A stretch of 43,911 nt of DNA from Gemmatimonadales bacterium. GTDB lineage: Bacteria > Gemmatimonadota > Gemmatimonadetes > Gemmatimonadales > GWC2-71-9. A program made the position numbers and the translations under genes. The notes beneath the pieces were generated by a model, which had not been told where the DNA came from, ran no database searches, and worked only from the letters and a program-made list of their open reading frames with translations. This document shows, one piece after another, positions 15,778 to 25,245 of the stretch (within the stretch, counting starts at the first letter, position 1; the number at the start of each line of letters is the position of its first letter). The DNA lies in the NCBI GenBank assembly GCA_013820855.1, contig JACDHV010000001.1, positions 1 to 43,911 of the forward strand. Reading direction: 5' to 3'.

Positions 15778-16439
15778 AGATCGGCCAGCACGCACTCCGG
15801 GCAGCGGGGCCGCCGGGCGATACAGACGCGCCGGCCATGGAAGATCAGAAGGTGTGAGACCAGGGCCCACTTCTCGCGGGGAAAGAGCGGCATCAGGTCC
15901 TGCTCGATCCTGATGGGATCGTCGTGCCGGGTCAGCTTGAGGAGCCGCGACAGCCGCGTGACGTGAGTGTCCACGGTGACCCCTTCGTTGATCCCGTACG
16001 CGTTCCCCAACACCACGTTGGCGGTTTTGCGGCCCACGCCCGGCAGGACCCGCAGCTCTTCCATGGTACGGGGCACTTCGCCGCGGTGGTCCGCGACGAG
16101 GGATCGGGCCATGCCGATGAGGCTGCGAGCCTTGTTGCGGAAAAAGCCGGTCGAGCGGATCATCGCCTCCACCTCTTCGCGGTCGGCGCGGGCGAGATCG
16201 TCGGCCGAGGGGTATCGAGCGAAGAACGCCGGCGTCACCATGTTGACGCGCGCGTCGGTGCACTGGGCGGAGAGGATGGTGGCGACGAGCAACTGGTACG
16301 CGTCACCGTGGTCGAGCGCGCAGCGCGCGTCGGGGTATTCTCGCTCGAGCCGCCGCAGGATGGTCGTCGCCCGCTCGGATCTGGCAGCCTTCGATTCGCG
16401 CCCGGCGAGCCGGGCGAGGCCCCGCTTTCCCGTCTTCAA
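15756..16439 (-). CDS. nth: Endonuclease III (DNA-(apurinic/apyrimidinic site) lyase/glycosylase)
   Basis: HhH-GPD motif LPGVGRKTANVVL, catalytic-region DTHV, and a C-terminal 4Fe-4S cluster C-x6-C-x2-C-x5-C (CIARRPRCPECVLADLC). Start proposed as TTG 16439, a TTGA overlap with the polX stop. There is no ATG or GTG nearby, so the start is uncertain. Confidence 0.85.
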   Translation of the reverse strand: MKTGKRGLARLAGRESKAARSERATTILRRLEREYPDARCALDHGDAYQLLVATILSAQCTDARVNMVTPAFFARYPSADDLARADREEVEAMIRSTGFFRNKARSLIGMARSLVADHRGEVPRTMEELRVLPGVGRKTANVVLGNAYGINEGVTVDTHVTRLSRLLKLTRHDDPIRIEQDLMPLFPREKWALVSHLLIFHGRRVCIARRPRCPECVLADLCPSAAV

Positions 16440-18175
16440 TGCCGGCGTCGAGCGTAGGCGGTGAACTCGTCCACGGAGCGGGCATTGAGGACGTCGTCGG
16501 GGCCCAGCCAGCCCTTCCGCGCCATGCCCAGGCCGAACTCCACGTTGCCGATGCCCGAGACGCTGTGGGCGTCCGCGCCGATGGAGATCATCGCGCCCCC
16601 GGCGCGCGCGCGGCGAAGCACGCGCCAGTCGAGATCGAGCCGGTGCGGGTCGGCGTTGATCTCCAGCGCGACACCGCTCGCCGCCGCCTTCTCGATCACC
16701 GCATCGAGGTCGAGCCCGTAAGGGTCTCGCGAGAGCAGCAGGCGGCCCGTTGGGTGCCCGATGATGGTGAGGTAGGGGTTGTCCATCGCCGCCAGCATCC
16801 GCGCCGTCATTTCCGGCGGGCTCATGTTGAAGCGGCTGTGAATCGACGCGATCACGAAGTCGAGCCGCGCCAGCACGTGCTCCTCGAAGTCCACCCGACC
16901 GTCCGCGAGAATGTCGGCCTCCACACCCTTGAGGACGCGCGCGCCCTCCAGTCGGCCGTTGACCTCGTCGATCTCGTCCGCCTGCCGGAGCAGGTCGTCG
17001 GAGGTGAGCCCTCCGGCATACGCGGCCGCCTGGCTGTGGTCGGTGATGCCGATGTACTGGTATCCCGCGGTCCGGCAGGCCAGCGCCAGCTGCTCGACCG
17101 AGTTGGAGCCATCGGAGTAGTTGGTGTGGCAGTGGAGAAAGCCTCGCAGGTCGCCGGGCTCCAGCAGGCGCGGCAGCTCGCCTCGTGCCCCGGCGGCCAC
17201 TTCGCCCTGTCCTTCTCGAAGCTCCGGCGCGAGGAACGGCAGGCCGAGGGCTCGGTACAGGTGCTCCTCGTCGGGAGTGGCCACGAACTCGCTGCCGCGC
17301 CAGAGGGCCGCGCCGGTGAGGGAGAAGCCACGCTCGGACGCGTGCTGCGCCAGCTCGGCCAGGTGCTGCTCGCTCCCGGTGGCCTGCACCAGCACCGCGC
17401 CGACGTTCACGGGCGTCGTCACCACGATCTGCGCGCTCGCGCCGCCCGCGAAGCGCAGCGTGAGCCGGCGCTCGTCCTGCCCGGCGAACTCGTGCACGCC
17501 CGGCAGCTGGCTCAGCCGCTTGAACAGCTCGGCAGGGGACACTTCGGCCACGATGACCAGCACCAGGTCCCGCACGACCTCCGATCGCCGGCGGACGTCC
17601 CCGGCGACGATCGCGCCGGTGACGCCCGGCAGGCGCGCCAGCGCCAGGCGGAGACCCTCGGCTTCCTCGGCGGCATGGTGGGAAAGGCGGAACGCGTTCG
17701 CCTGCCGCAGGAAGGCGATGCTCCTGAGGATGTTCTCGGAGGTCTTGCGGCCGAACCGCGGGAGCTTGGCCAGCCGTCCGTCGAGGGCGGCGGTCTCGAG
17801 CTCCGGCAGGGATTCTATTCCCAGCACCTCGTGGATCTGTCGAATCTTGGCGACGCCTAGCCCCGAGATCGACAGCATCTCGACCAGACCGGGCGGGATC
17901 TGCTCCCGCAGCTCCTCGAGGAGCCCCGCGCGGCCGGTGTTGATCAGCTCCGTCGCGATCTGCAGCGTGGCGGGTCCGACACCCTTGGCCGCGGCGAGGG
18001 ATCCGTTCTCCAGCCCCTGGCGCAGGTCGCCGGGATAAGTGCCGATCGCGCGTGCGGCGGTGCGGAAGGCGCGGATTCGGAAGGGATTCTCGGCTCTCAG
18101 CTCGAGGAAGGCGGCAATCTGCTCCAGCACGTCCGCGACGGCCTTCTTGTCCATGAAGTCCTTCAGCGTTTCCAT
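16436..18175 (-). CDS. polX: Family X DNA polymerase with C-terminal PHP phosphoesterase domain (PolX)
   Basis: 579-aa protein. The N-terminal 8-kDa/HhH region reads FRIRAFRTAARAI and GVGPATLQ...ISGLGVAKI. The C-terminal PHP motifs are FLHCHTNYSDGS and GITDHS. Confidence 0.9.
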   Translation of the reverse strand: METLKDFMDKKAVADVLEQIAAFLELRAENPFRIRAFRTAARAIGTYPGDLRQGLENGSLAAAKGVGPATLQIATELINTGRAGLLEELREQIPPGLVEMLSISGLGVAKIRQIHEVLGIESLPELETAALDGRLAKLPRFGRKTSENILRSIAFLRQANAFRLSHHAAEEAEGLRLALARLPGVTGAIVAGDVRRRSEVVRDLVLVIVAEVSPAELFKRLSQLPGVHEFAGQDERRLTLRFAGGASAQIVVTTPVNVGAVLVQATGSEQHLAELAQHASERGFSLTGAALWRGSEFVATPDEEHLYRALGLPFLAPELREGQGEVAAGARGELPRLLEPGDLRGFLHCHTNYSDGSNSVEQLALACRTAGYQYIGITDHSQAAAYAGGLTSDDLLRQADEIDEVNGRLEGARVLKGVEADILADGRVDFEEHVLARLDFVIASIHSRFNMSPPEMTARMLAAMDNPYLTIIGHPTGRLLLSRDPYGLDLDAVIEKAAASGVALEINADPHRLDLDWRVLRRARAGGAMISIGADAHSVSGIGNVEFGLGMARKGWLGPDDVLNARSVDEFTAYARRRH

Positions 18176-18843
18176 CGAGCATCTCCGGATTCGACGCCCG
18201 CTGCCAGGAACCGGGTGCGCCAGCCCAACTCGAGCAGCTCCTCCTCCCCGACGATGGAGCGCAGACCCGCGGTGGCCCCGCCGGTGAGCGTCGGGTCGAA
18301 GAGGCGGGAGCCGTCCTCCCTCGCGAGCCGTTCGACCCTGCCGCCCGTGGCTTCCACCGCACTGAAGCCGGGCCGGTCCGGCCGCATGCCGAAGATCCCC
18401 AGCACGCGCAGGTCGCCGTCAGGAGTGCGCGACACGAAGATCCCGTCCAGCGGCTCGGGGGGCTGGTTCTCGATGACCGTGGCCCAGATCAGCCGCTCGG
18501 GAAATTGGGCGAAGTAGGGAGGGACGTCCTTCGACTCGGCCGCCTCAGCCAACGGCTGTTCCAGAAGCTCCTCGGCGGCCTGCGGGCCGATCGGAATCGT
18601 GACGGCTCCGGCGGCCCAGGCGAGGAATGCATGGTGAACCAGCGCGGCCATCTGATCCATCGCCTCGCCGAGACCTTCCTCCGGCCGGAGGTCGTGGAGC
18701 AGCGTGACCACTTCGCGATCCATGAGGAAGGCGTCACGATCCGAGGGGTCGTGCCCTCCCGCCGCCAGGCTGGCGGCGATTCGCGGAAAGGCGGGCGCTG
18801 CGGCGTGGCTGAACACGAGATCCAGGGGAGTAGCGCGGTGCAT
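18163..18843 (-). CDS. Hypothetical protein (226 aa), no family recognised
   Basis: ATG-initiated ORF with coding-like GC3. Its 3' end overlaps the polX start by 13 nt, so the two are co-transcribed. Confidence 0.6.
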   Translation of the reverse strand: MHRATPLDLVFSHAAAPAFPRIAASLAAGGHDPSDRDAFLMDREVVTLLHDLRPEEGLGEAMDQMAALVHHAFLAWAAGAVTIPIGPQAAEELLEQPLAEAAESKDVPPYFAQFPERLIWATVIENQPPEPLDGIFVSRTPDGDLRVLGIFGMRPDRPGFSAVEATGGRVERLAREDGSRLFDPTLTGGATAGLRSIVGEEELLELGWRTRFLAAGVESGDARWKR

Positions 18844-18871
18844 CGCGGAAAGGTAATGCTGGGGGACCCGA

Positions 18872-19714
18872 TCAGGCTTTCAGGAAATTCCCGACAATAC
18901 GTACAAATTCCTCGTGGGCTTCGACATAGGGCACGTGGCCACAACGGGGAATCGGGTGGAATTCGGCGCCGATCAAATCGGCGGTCGTGCGGGCCGACTC
19001 GAGGGGGATCGGGTCGTCCTCGCCGTGGAGGACCAGCGACGGAATGTCGCGAAGCCCGGGCAGGCCGCCCCGGAGGTCGAAGTCACCAAGACTCGACCAG
19101 ACTTCCTGCTGGGTGCGCCCGGTGACCCGGAATGGTGTGAGGTTCCGGGCTCGGTCGGGGTCGTGAAAATAGGGGGCGACCGAAAGCTCGAAGATGCGCC
19201 GCTGAAATGCGTCGGGATCGCGCTCGCGGAGCCCGCTCTCGCGGAGCAGCCGGCGCGCCTCCTGAAATGCCGGATCGAGATTGCGCTGGCCGAAGCGGGC
19301 CTCGAACCGCTCGCGGGCCGCCCGCCACGCCGGGGCGGGGGAGACCAGCGCCAGCCGGGCTACCCGCGCGGGATGATCCAGCGCGTACAGCAGCGCCAGC
19401 AGCCCACCCCACGAGTAGCCGGCGATGGCGAGGCGATCGAGCGACCATTCCTGGCGCAGGGCCTCGAGATCGGCCACGTGCTCGGTCCACCCGACCGGCA
19501 CGTCGCGGGGCACGACGGAGCGACCGCCGCCTCGCTGGTCGTAGTAGATCAGCTCCCGGCCGACGGCCAGCGCGTCGAACCCCGGGAGCAGGTAATCGTG
19601 ATGCGCACCCGGCCCGCCGTGCAGCACCACCACGGGCGGCCCGCTCCCGATCCGGCGCACGAAGAGCTCGACGCCGCGTATGGCTGCGGTCGATTCGCGT
19701 ACCCGCGGGTTCAC
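18872..19714 (-). CDS. Alpha/beta hydrolase (proline iminopeptidase-like)
   Basis: HGGPG oxyanion motif, YDQRGGGRS, and nucleophile elbow GYSWGG. GTG start. Confidence 0.8.
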   Translation of the reverse strand: MNPRVRESTAAIRGVELFVRRIGSGPPVVVLHGGPGAHHDYLLPGFDALAVGRELIYYDQRGGGRSVVPRDVPVGWTEHVADLEALRQEWSLDRLAIAGYSWGGLLALLYALDHPARVARLALVSPAPAWRAARERFEARFGQRNLDPAFQEARRLLRESGLRERDPDAFQRRIFELSVAPYFHDPDRARNLTPFRVTGRTQQEVWSSLGDFDLRGGLPGLRDIPSLVLHGEDDPIPLESARTTADLIGAEFHPIPRCGHVPYVEAHEEFVRIVGNFLKA

Positions 19715-19748
19715 CTGTGCGCGATCTCCGGCGACGCGGCCGCTCGAG

Positions 19749-20204
19749 CTACAACAGCACGGCCAGGGCTTCCGCCACCCGCCGCATCTCCGACTCTTCC
19801 TCGGCGGTGAACGGATCGGGCTGGTCGCTGTCGACGTCGATCTGGCCCAGAATCCTGTCTCCCCGGCGGATCAGGACGACCAGCTCGGACCGCGTCCAGG
19901 CATTGCACGCGATGTAGTTGTCGACCGCCCGGACGTCCGGCACGTTCTGGTCGGCTCCGGTGGACACCGCGGTGCCGCAGACCCCCTTGCCGACCGGAAT
20001 CCGGGTATGCTCGGTGTCGCGTCCGGCGAACGCCTCGAGCACCAGCTCGTCGCCGTGCAGCATGTAGAGATAGACCGACGTGTACGGCGGCCCCGCCGCG
20101 CGGATCTTTTCGGCCGCCGTGCGCAGCAGTTCAGCGCGTCCGGCCTCGCGGGCGAATGCCCCCCGGAGGGAGGCGACGATCCGGTCGGCGTTCAGAACGG
20201 CCAT
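19749..20204 (-). CDS. GAF domain protein (free methionine-R-sulfoxide reductase, YebR/MsrC-like)
   Basis: 151-aa protein with VCGTAV and ACN...SE.VVL strings typical of single-GAF fRMsr proteins. Confidence 0.7.
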   Translation of the reverse strand: MAVLNADRIVASLRGAFAREAGRAELLRTAAEKIRAAGPPYTSVYLYMLHGDELVLEAFAGRDTEHTRIPVGKGVCGTAVSTGADQNVPDVRAVDNYIACNAWTRSELVVLIRRGDRILGQIDVDSDQPDPFTAEEESEMRRVAEALAVLL

Positions 20205-20207
20205 GGG

Positions 20208-21509
20208 CTATCCTCCCCGGGTCCCGAGCGTGGCGCGCACGGTGGTGACGTGGCTGCCTCGCCGGATCACGATGCTGACGGTATCGCCGGGCTCGTGGCT
20301 TCTGAGAGCGTTGGTCATGGCCTGAAGATCGGGAACCTCGAGGTTGCCGATGCGTGTGATGATGTCGTCGCCCCGTAGCCCGGCCTTCTCGGCCGGACTC
20401 CCGGCGCGGACCCCCAGCAGGCGGACGCCGCCGGGATTGTCGGTCATGTCGGGGATGGTGCCGAGGTAAGTGCCGTACGCCGGCGCCGCGTTCGCGGCGC
20501 TGTGCGCCGGAGGCACGGCCTCGACGGGCGTCAATTTGGTGGGACGGTTGGCGAGCGCGGTTACCACACCGAGAGTGAAATTCGTGACTCGCCGGAATCC
20601 TTCCGGATCGATCTTCTCCCAGTCGTCCGTGGTTCGGTGATAGTCGTCGTGCAGGTCCGTGAACACGTGGAGCACCGGCCGGCCCGCGGCGTAGAACGAC
20701 GACTGGTCGCTCGGCCCATACCCGTCGCCCTGGGCCTTCAGGTCGAAGCCGGCGTGCCAGTTGAGGGAGTCGAGCAGCGCGGGAAACTCCCTGGCCGTCT
20801 GCGCGCCGTAGACGATGAGTCGGCCGTTCCGAAGGCGGCCGACCATGTCGAGGTTGATCATGGCGATCGTGGTGCGCAGCGGATACACCGGCTGCGTCAC
20901 GTAGTGGGCGGATCCGAGCAGCCCCAGCTCCTCGCCGCTGAACGCGATGAAGAGTACCGTGCGTGCGGGCGGCGATTGCGCCAGCCGCGCGGCGAGCTGA
21001 ATCAGCATGGCGGCGCCCGAGGCGTTGTCGTCGGCGCCGTTGTGCACCCTGCCGGTGCTGTCGGGATCGAGGCTGCCGAACCCGCCGAGCCCGAGGTGGT
21101 CATAGTGCGCACCCACGATCACCGACTCGTTGCGGAGCGCGGGGTCGTGGCCCGGAAGCAGCCCGATCACGTTCTTGCCGACGAGCCCACCCACCCGGGC
21201 CGACTGCGCCACCGGGGCTTCCTTGGCGACGGTAAAGGTCTGGAACCAGCCGCCGGCGGCGGGCTGGAGGCCGACCTGCTCGAACCGCCGCGCCAGATAC
21301 GCCGCGGCGGAATCCGCGCCCGGGGAGCCGGTCATGCGGCCGGCCAGCCGGTCGTCGCTCAGATAGCGTATGTCGTCGATGGCCGTGATCGGCGGCGCCG
21401 GCGGTCTCTCCACCCGGTGCTGCTGAGTGCCGAACTGGGCGCGCAGTGTACCGGGCACCGCCAGCAGTGCCAGGCCGGCCATAGACGGGAGAAGTCTCAC
21501 GCGGATCAT
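20208..21509 (-). CDS. Secreted M28-family aminopeptidase with C-terminal PDZ domain
   Basis: ATG 21509 gives the signal peptide MIRVRLLPSMAGLALLAVPGTLRAQ. M28 zinc-ligand strings are GAHYDHLG, GADDNASG, FSGEELGLLGS and NLDMVG. The C-terminal PDZ-like segment is GVRAGSPAEKAGLRGDDIITRIGN. The track ORF to 22514 is an over-extension. Confidence 0.8.
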   Translation of the reverse strand: MIRVRLLPSMAGLALLAVPGTLRAQFGTQQHRVERPPAPPITAIDDIRYLSDDRLAGRMTGSPGADSAAAYLARRFEQVGLQPAAGGWFQTFTVAKEAPVAQSARVGGLVGKNVIGLLPGHDPALRNESVIVGAHYDHLGLGGFGSLDPDSTGRVHNGADDNASGAAMLIQLAARLAQSPPARTVLFIAFSGEELGLLGSAHYVTQPVYPLRTTIAMINLDMVGRLRNGRLIVYGAQTAREFPALLDSLNWHAGFDLKAQGDGYGPSDQSSFYAAGRPVLHVFTDLHDDYHRTTDDWEKIDPEGFRRVTNFTLGVVTALANRPTKLTPVEAVPPAHSAANAAPAYGTYLGTIPDMTDNPGGVRLLGVRAGSPAEKAGLRGDDIITRIGNLEVPDLQAMTNALRSHEPGDTVSIVIRRGSHVTTVRATLGTRGG

Positions 21510-21526
21510 CCCTGAAAATACCCCGG

Positions 21527-22597
21527 TCAGCGGGGCGCGAAATCGGTGTCGGGGGTGAGCCGGCGGGCGAAGGCGGCGAGCAGCCTGGCGGTGCGGTCGA
21601 GGTCTTCCAGGGCCACCATTTCGTTCGGGCTGTGCATGTAGCGGTTGGGCACCGACACCAGCGCGGTGGCGACCCCGCGATGGGCGTTGAAGATCGCCTC
21701 CGCGTCGGTGTGGGTGTCGCGCGAGGCCGCCTCGATGGAATAGGGAATCGCCTCGGCCTCCGCCGTGGCCGCGAGGAGCTCGAAGACTACCTCGCTGACC
21801 GACGCCCCGCGGGAGAGGACCGGCCCACCGGCCAGGCGATAGTCGCCGTGCCGCCGTTTTTCCACGCCCGGGTAGTCGGTGGCGTGGGTGACGTCCACCA
21901 CGATGGCGACGTCGGGCTCGAGGGCCACGGCCGAGGTTCGCGCGCCACCGCCGGTGGCGGCGATCTCCTCCCTGGTCGTGGCCACGGCGCTCACCGCCGC
22001 CGCCGGCCCCCCCGTCCCGGCGAGCATGCGCACCGCCTCGAGCACCACGAAGGCGCCGATCCGGTTGTCGATGCTTCGGCTGACCAGCCGTCCATTGGGG
22101 AACTCCAGCACGCTGGTGGCGAGGACGCCGGGGTCTCCGATGCGGAGCTGCCCCTCGGCCTCGGCCCGGCTGATCGCCCCGATGTCGATCCAGAGCTCCT
22201 CGACCTTGGAGACCTTCTCGCGGTCCTCCTTGTCCATGATGTGGATGGCCTTCTTGCCCACCACGCCCGCAATCGGCCCGCCGCGCCCGAGCAGCCGCAC
22301 CCTCTGACCCACGAACACCTGGTGATCCCAGCCGCCGATGGTGTCGAAGCTGATGAAGCCCTCGTCGTCGATGTGCGTGACCATCACGCCGATCTCGTCG
22401 ATGTGGCCGGCCAGCATCACCCGGGGGCGCCCTGCCGGGTTCAGGATCGCGTAGGAGTTGCCTCCCACGTCCACCCGAACCTCGTCGGCGAAAGCCTCCG
22501 CCTCCTTCCGCCACGCGCGCGCAGGCGCGGTTTCGAAGGACGATGGGCCCGGAGTGTCGAGCAGGGATTTGAGGAATGCGAGTGATTCAGGGGTCAT
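21527..22597 (-). CDS. M42-family (FrvX/YsdC-like) aminopeptidase
   Basis: LAGHIDEIGVMVTHIDDEGFISFDTIGGW and SRSIDNRIG match the M42 pattern. ATG 22597 is preceded by AGGGA. The track start at 22621 is also possible. Confidence 0.85.
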   Translation of the reverse strand: MTPESLAFLKSLLDTPGPSSFETAPARAWRKEAEAFADEVRVDVGGNSYAILNPAGRPRVMLAGHIDEIGVMVTHIDDEGFISFDTIGGWDHQVFVGQRVRLLGRGGPIAGVVGKKAIHIMDKEDREKVSKVEELWIDIGAISRAEAEGQLRIGDPGVLATSVLEFPNGRLVSRSIDNRIGAFVVLEAVRMLAGTGGPAAAVSAVATTREEIAATGGGARTSAVALEPDVAIVVDVTHATDYPGVEKRRHGDYRLAGGPVLSRGASVSEVVFELLAATAEAEAIPYSIEAASRDTHTDAEAIFNAHRGVATALVSVPNRYMHSPNEMVALEDLDRTARLLAAFARRLTPDTDFAPR

Positions 22598-22625
22598 AGT
22601 CCCTACGGTGAAGAACGCCAAAGGT

Positions 22626-23051
22626 TCAACGCTCGATCAAACGGCTCGGCCGATAGTTTCCGAACAGCAGCAGCCCGGTGAGCGTCGCGATCAGGGTCCG
22701 GAAGTCGTATGTGAGCGAGTAGGCGATCAGGCCAATCACGGTAGGGGCCTCCACCAGGGCCCAGATCACGACGGCCTTGCCGAGGTTCACCCGCCACCAT
22801 TCGTCCTGCGACGTGCCCCGTGCCGGGCGGCCGAGGCGGCCGGCCGTGAACATCGCCGCGCCGAAGAAGATCGCGCTGATCAGGAAGAGCGCGATGTAGA
22901 GCACCCTGCGGTCGGGCAGCGCGTACACCGGCACCGGTGAAGCACGCCCGAGGTACCACGCGACCACGCAGAACATCAGGACGCCGACCACGAGGGCGGC
23001 GTGGATGATGCGAGCGCTGATGGACGCGGAGATGGGCGCGCCGGGCGGCAC
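22626..23051 (-). CDS. Small integral membrane protein (141 aa, about 4 TM), unknown function
   Basis: GTG 23051 lies 1 nt after the OPT stop (TGAGGTG junction). The ORF has high GC3 and four hydrophobic segments. Confidence 0.6.
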   Translation of the reverse strand: MPPGAPISASISARIIHAALVVGVLMFCVVAWYLGRASPVPVYALPDRRVLYIALFLISAIFFGAAMFTAGRLGRPARGTSQDEWWRVNLGKAVVIWALVEAPTVIGLIAYSLTYDFRTLIATLTGLLLFGNYRPSRLIER

Positions 23052-23052
23052 C

Positions 23053-25245
23053 TCAGCGGCTCGCGATGCGGTAGAGGACGAACCCGAGCCCCGCGAATGC
23101 CGCCAGCGACACCAGGTCGCTCTGCGCGAACACTCCCAGCTTTTCCTGGAGACCTACGACGTGCGCCAGGTATTCCGCCGCGGGAACCTGCGCCGCATCC
23201 GCCCGGGCGACCAGCGCCGCCGCGATGCCCGCGATGGTGACCCCCGCGATCGCCCCACCCGCGATGAGGCCGCTGGAGAAGAGCACGCCCGGACCCGACT
23301 CCACCTGGGCGATGGACTCGCCCCCGCCCGATCTTCGCCGCTCGACCATCCACCGGATGATCCCGCCCGCGAACATCGAGGCTGACGTGGAGATCGGGAG
23401 GTACACGCCGACGGCGATCGGCAGCGATTGCAGACCCATCAGCTCGATGGCGAGCGTGAGACAGACCCCAATCAGCACCAGCCCCCAGGGCAGCCTCTGG
23501 GTAAGGATGCCGTCGGTCACCAGTGCCATGATCGTCGCCTTGGGAGAATCGAGCTTGGTGATGGGGCGGCCGTCGATCTCGCGGATGCGCCCGCCGATGC
23601 CCGGATCCACCAGATAGGCGACTTCCTTGGTGGCGGGGTCCACCAGGTACTTGCCGGGCTGCACCCCACCGGTCGGCAGGTTCACCCGCACCACCTCCCA
23701 CTCCTCCCCATCGTGACGCATCGTCTCCCCGAGCGTCGTCACCGACCGCTCGTCCGCCCCGGGCGCCCCCGCGGAGAGGGTGACGCCGGAATGCCGCTCC
23801 GGGACGATGGTGGTGTAGGTGGTGTTGAGGAGCGCGATGGTCCAGCCGATCGCGAGCGCCGACGTGACCGCGCCGACCAGAATCGCGATCTGCTGCCGGC
23901 GCGGGGTAGCCCCGACCAGATACCCGGTCTTGAGGTCCTGGCTGGTCGCTCCCGCGTTGGCCGCCGAGACCGCGATGACGCCGGCGATCGTGATCGCCCC
24001 GACCCGGTGATCCACACCGGTCCACCCGATGACGAGGAAGATCGCCGCCGTGCCGATGAGGGCGGCGATGGTCATCCCGGAGACGGGATTGGCGCTCACC
24101 CCGATCTCACCGGTGATGCGCGAGGAGACCACCACGAAGAAGAAGCCGAAGATCACGATCAGCACGGCGCCCAGCAGGTTCACCGCGAGCTGCGGCAGCA
24201 GGGTCAAGACCAGGGCCAGGGCCACGGCGCCGACCGGCGTGATCCAGATCGGCAGGTCGACGTCGGTCCGGAGCCGGGAAGCCCCCTCGCCCAGGCTGCC
24301 CCGCAGGTCGTCGAATCCCGACCGGAACGCCGAGACGATGGTCGGAATCGCCCGGACCAGGGCGATGATGCCGGCGGTCGCCACCGCGCCCGCGCCGATG
24401 TAGAAGACGAAATGCGCGCGCACCTCGCTGGGGCTCATGTCGCCGATCAGCTTGGGCTCGGCGAAAATGGGCTCGGTCAGGCCCGAGCCGAAGAGCTTGA
24501 TGGCGGGTATGAGCACCATGTAGGCGAGAAACCCGCCGGCGAAGAGATACCCCGCGATGCGCGGCCCGATGATGTATCCGACGCCCATGAGCTCGGGCGA
24601 GACCTCGGCCGAGATCGAGGCACCCTGATAGGTCCGAGAGGTCCAGCCCGGATACTCCCGCCATCCCCGAAGGCCCGCCATCAGGAACTTGTAGGCGAAC
24701 GCGATCCCGAACGCCTGAAAGAGCCTCCGTGCTTGGAGGCCGCCCTTCTCGCCCGCGATCAGCACCTCGGCGCAGGCGGTGCCCTCGGGATAGGGTAACC
24801 GGCCGTGCTCCTTCACGATGAGCGCGCGACGAAGCGGAATCATGAGGAGAATGCCGAGCACCCCGCCGACCACCGCCACGATCGCCACCTTGCCCACCGT
24901 CAGGTCGTAGCCCAGGAGCAGGATGGCCGGCAACGTGAAGACGATGCCGGCGGCGATGGACTCGCCCGCCGAGCCCGTCGTCTGCACGATGTTGTTCTCG
25001 AGAATGGTCGACTTGCCGAGCGTGCTGAAGAACGCGACGGCGAGCACCGCGATCGGGATCGACGCCGACACCGTCAGCCCGATCTTCAGCGCGAGATAGA
25101 CGCTCGACGCGGCGAAGACGATGCCGAGGATGGCGCCGAGCGCCACGGCCCGGATGGTCAACTCGGCCGGAGACTGGCTCGCGGAGATGTACGGCTGGTG
25201 TCCCGGGGCCTCGGGCTTGGGGCGGGGGACGGATGCAGTCGCCAT
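23053..25245 (-). CDS. OPT-family oligopeptide transporter
   Basis: 730-aa polytopic protein. ELTIRAVALGAILGIVFAASSVYLALKIGLTVSASIPIAVL and NIVQTTGSAGESIAAG are typical of the bacterial OPT family. Confidence 0.9.
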   Translation of the reverse strand: MATASVPRPKPEAPGHQPYISASQSPAELTIRAVALGAILGIVFAASSVYLALKIGLTVSASIPIAVLAVAFFSTLGKSTILENNIVQTTGSAGESIAAGIVFTLPAILLLGYDLTVGKVAIVAVVGGVLGILLMIPLRRALIVKEHGRLPYPEGTACAEVLIAGEKGGLQARRLFQAFGIAFAYKFLMAGLRGWREYPGWTSRTYQGASISAEVSPELMGVGYIIGPRIAGYLFAGGFLAYMVLIPAIKLFGSGLTEPIFAEPKLIGDMSPSEVRAHFVFYIGAGAVATAGIIALVRAIPTIVSAFRSGFDDLRGSLGEGASRLRTDVDLPIWITPVGAVALALVLTLLPQLAVNLLGAVLIVIFGFFFVVVSSRITGEIGVSANPVSGMTIAALIGTAAIFLVIGWTGVDHRVGAITIAGVIAVSAANAGATSQDLKTGYLVGATPRRQQIAILVGAVTSALAIGWTIALLNTTYTTIVPERHSGVTLSAGAPGADERSVTTLGETMRHDGEEWEVVRVNLPTGGVQPGKYLVDPATKEVAYLVDPGIGGRIREIDGRPITKLDSPKATIMALVTDGILTQRLPWGLVLIGVCLTLAIELMGLQSLPIAVGVYLPISTSASMFAGGIIRWMVERRRSGGGESIAQVESGPGVLFSSGLIAGGAIAGVTIAGIAAALVARADAAQVPAAEYLAHVVGLQEKLGVFAQSDLVSLAAFAGLGFVLYRIASR

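Noticed and set aside
15756-18362. The 868-aa ORF appears to fuse a large protein to endonuclease III.
   Set aside because: Only the last 227 codons encode Nth. The upstream part is the polX region read in a wrong frame (Arg/Gly/Pro/Ala-rich, no motifs). The real PolX frame is 16436..18175.
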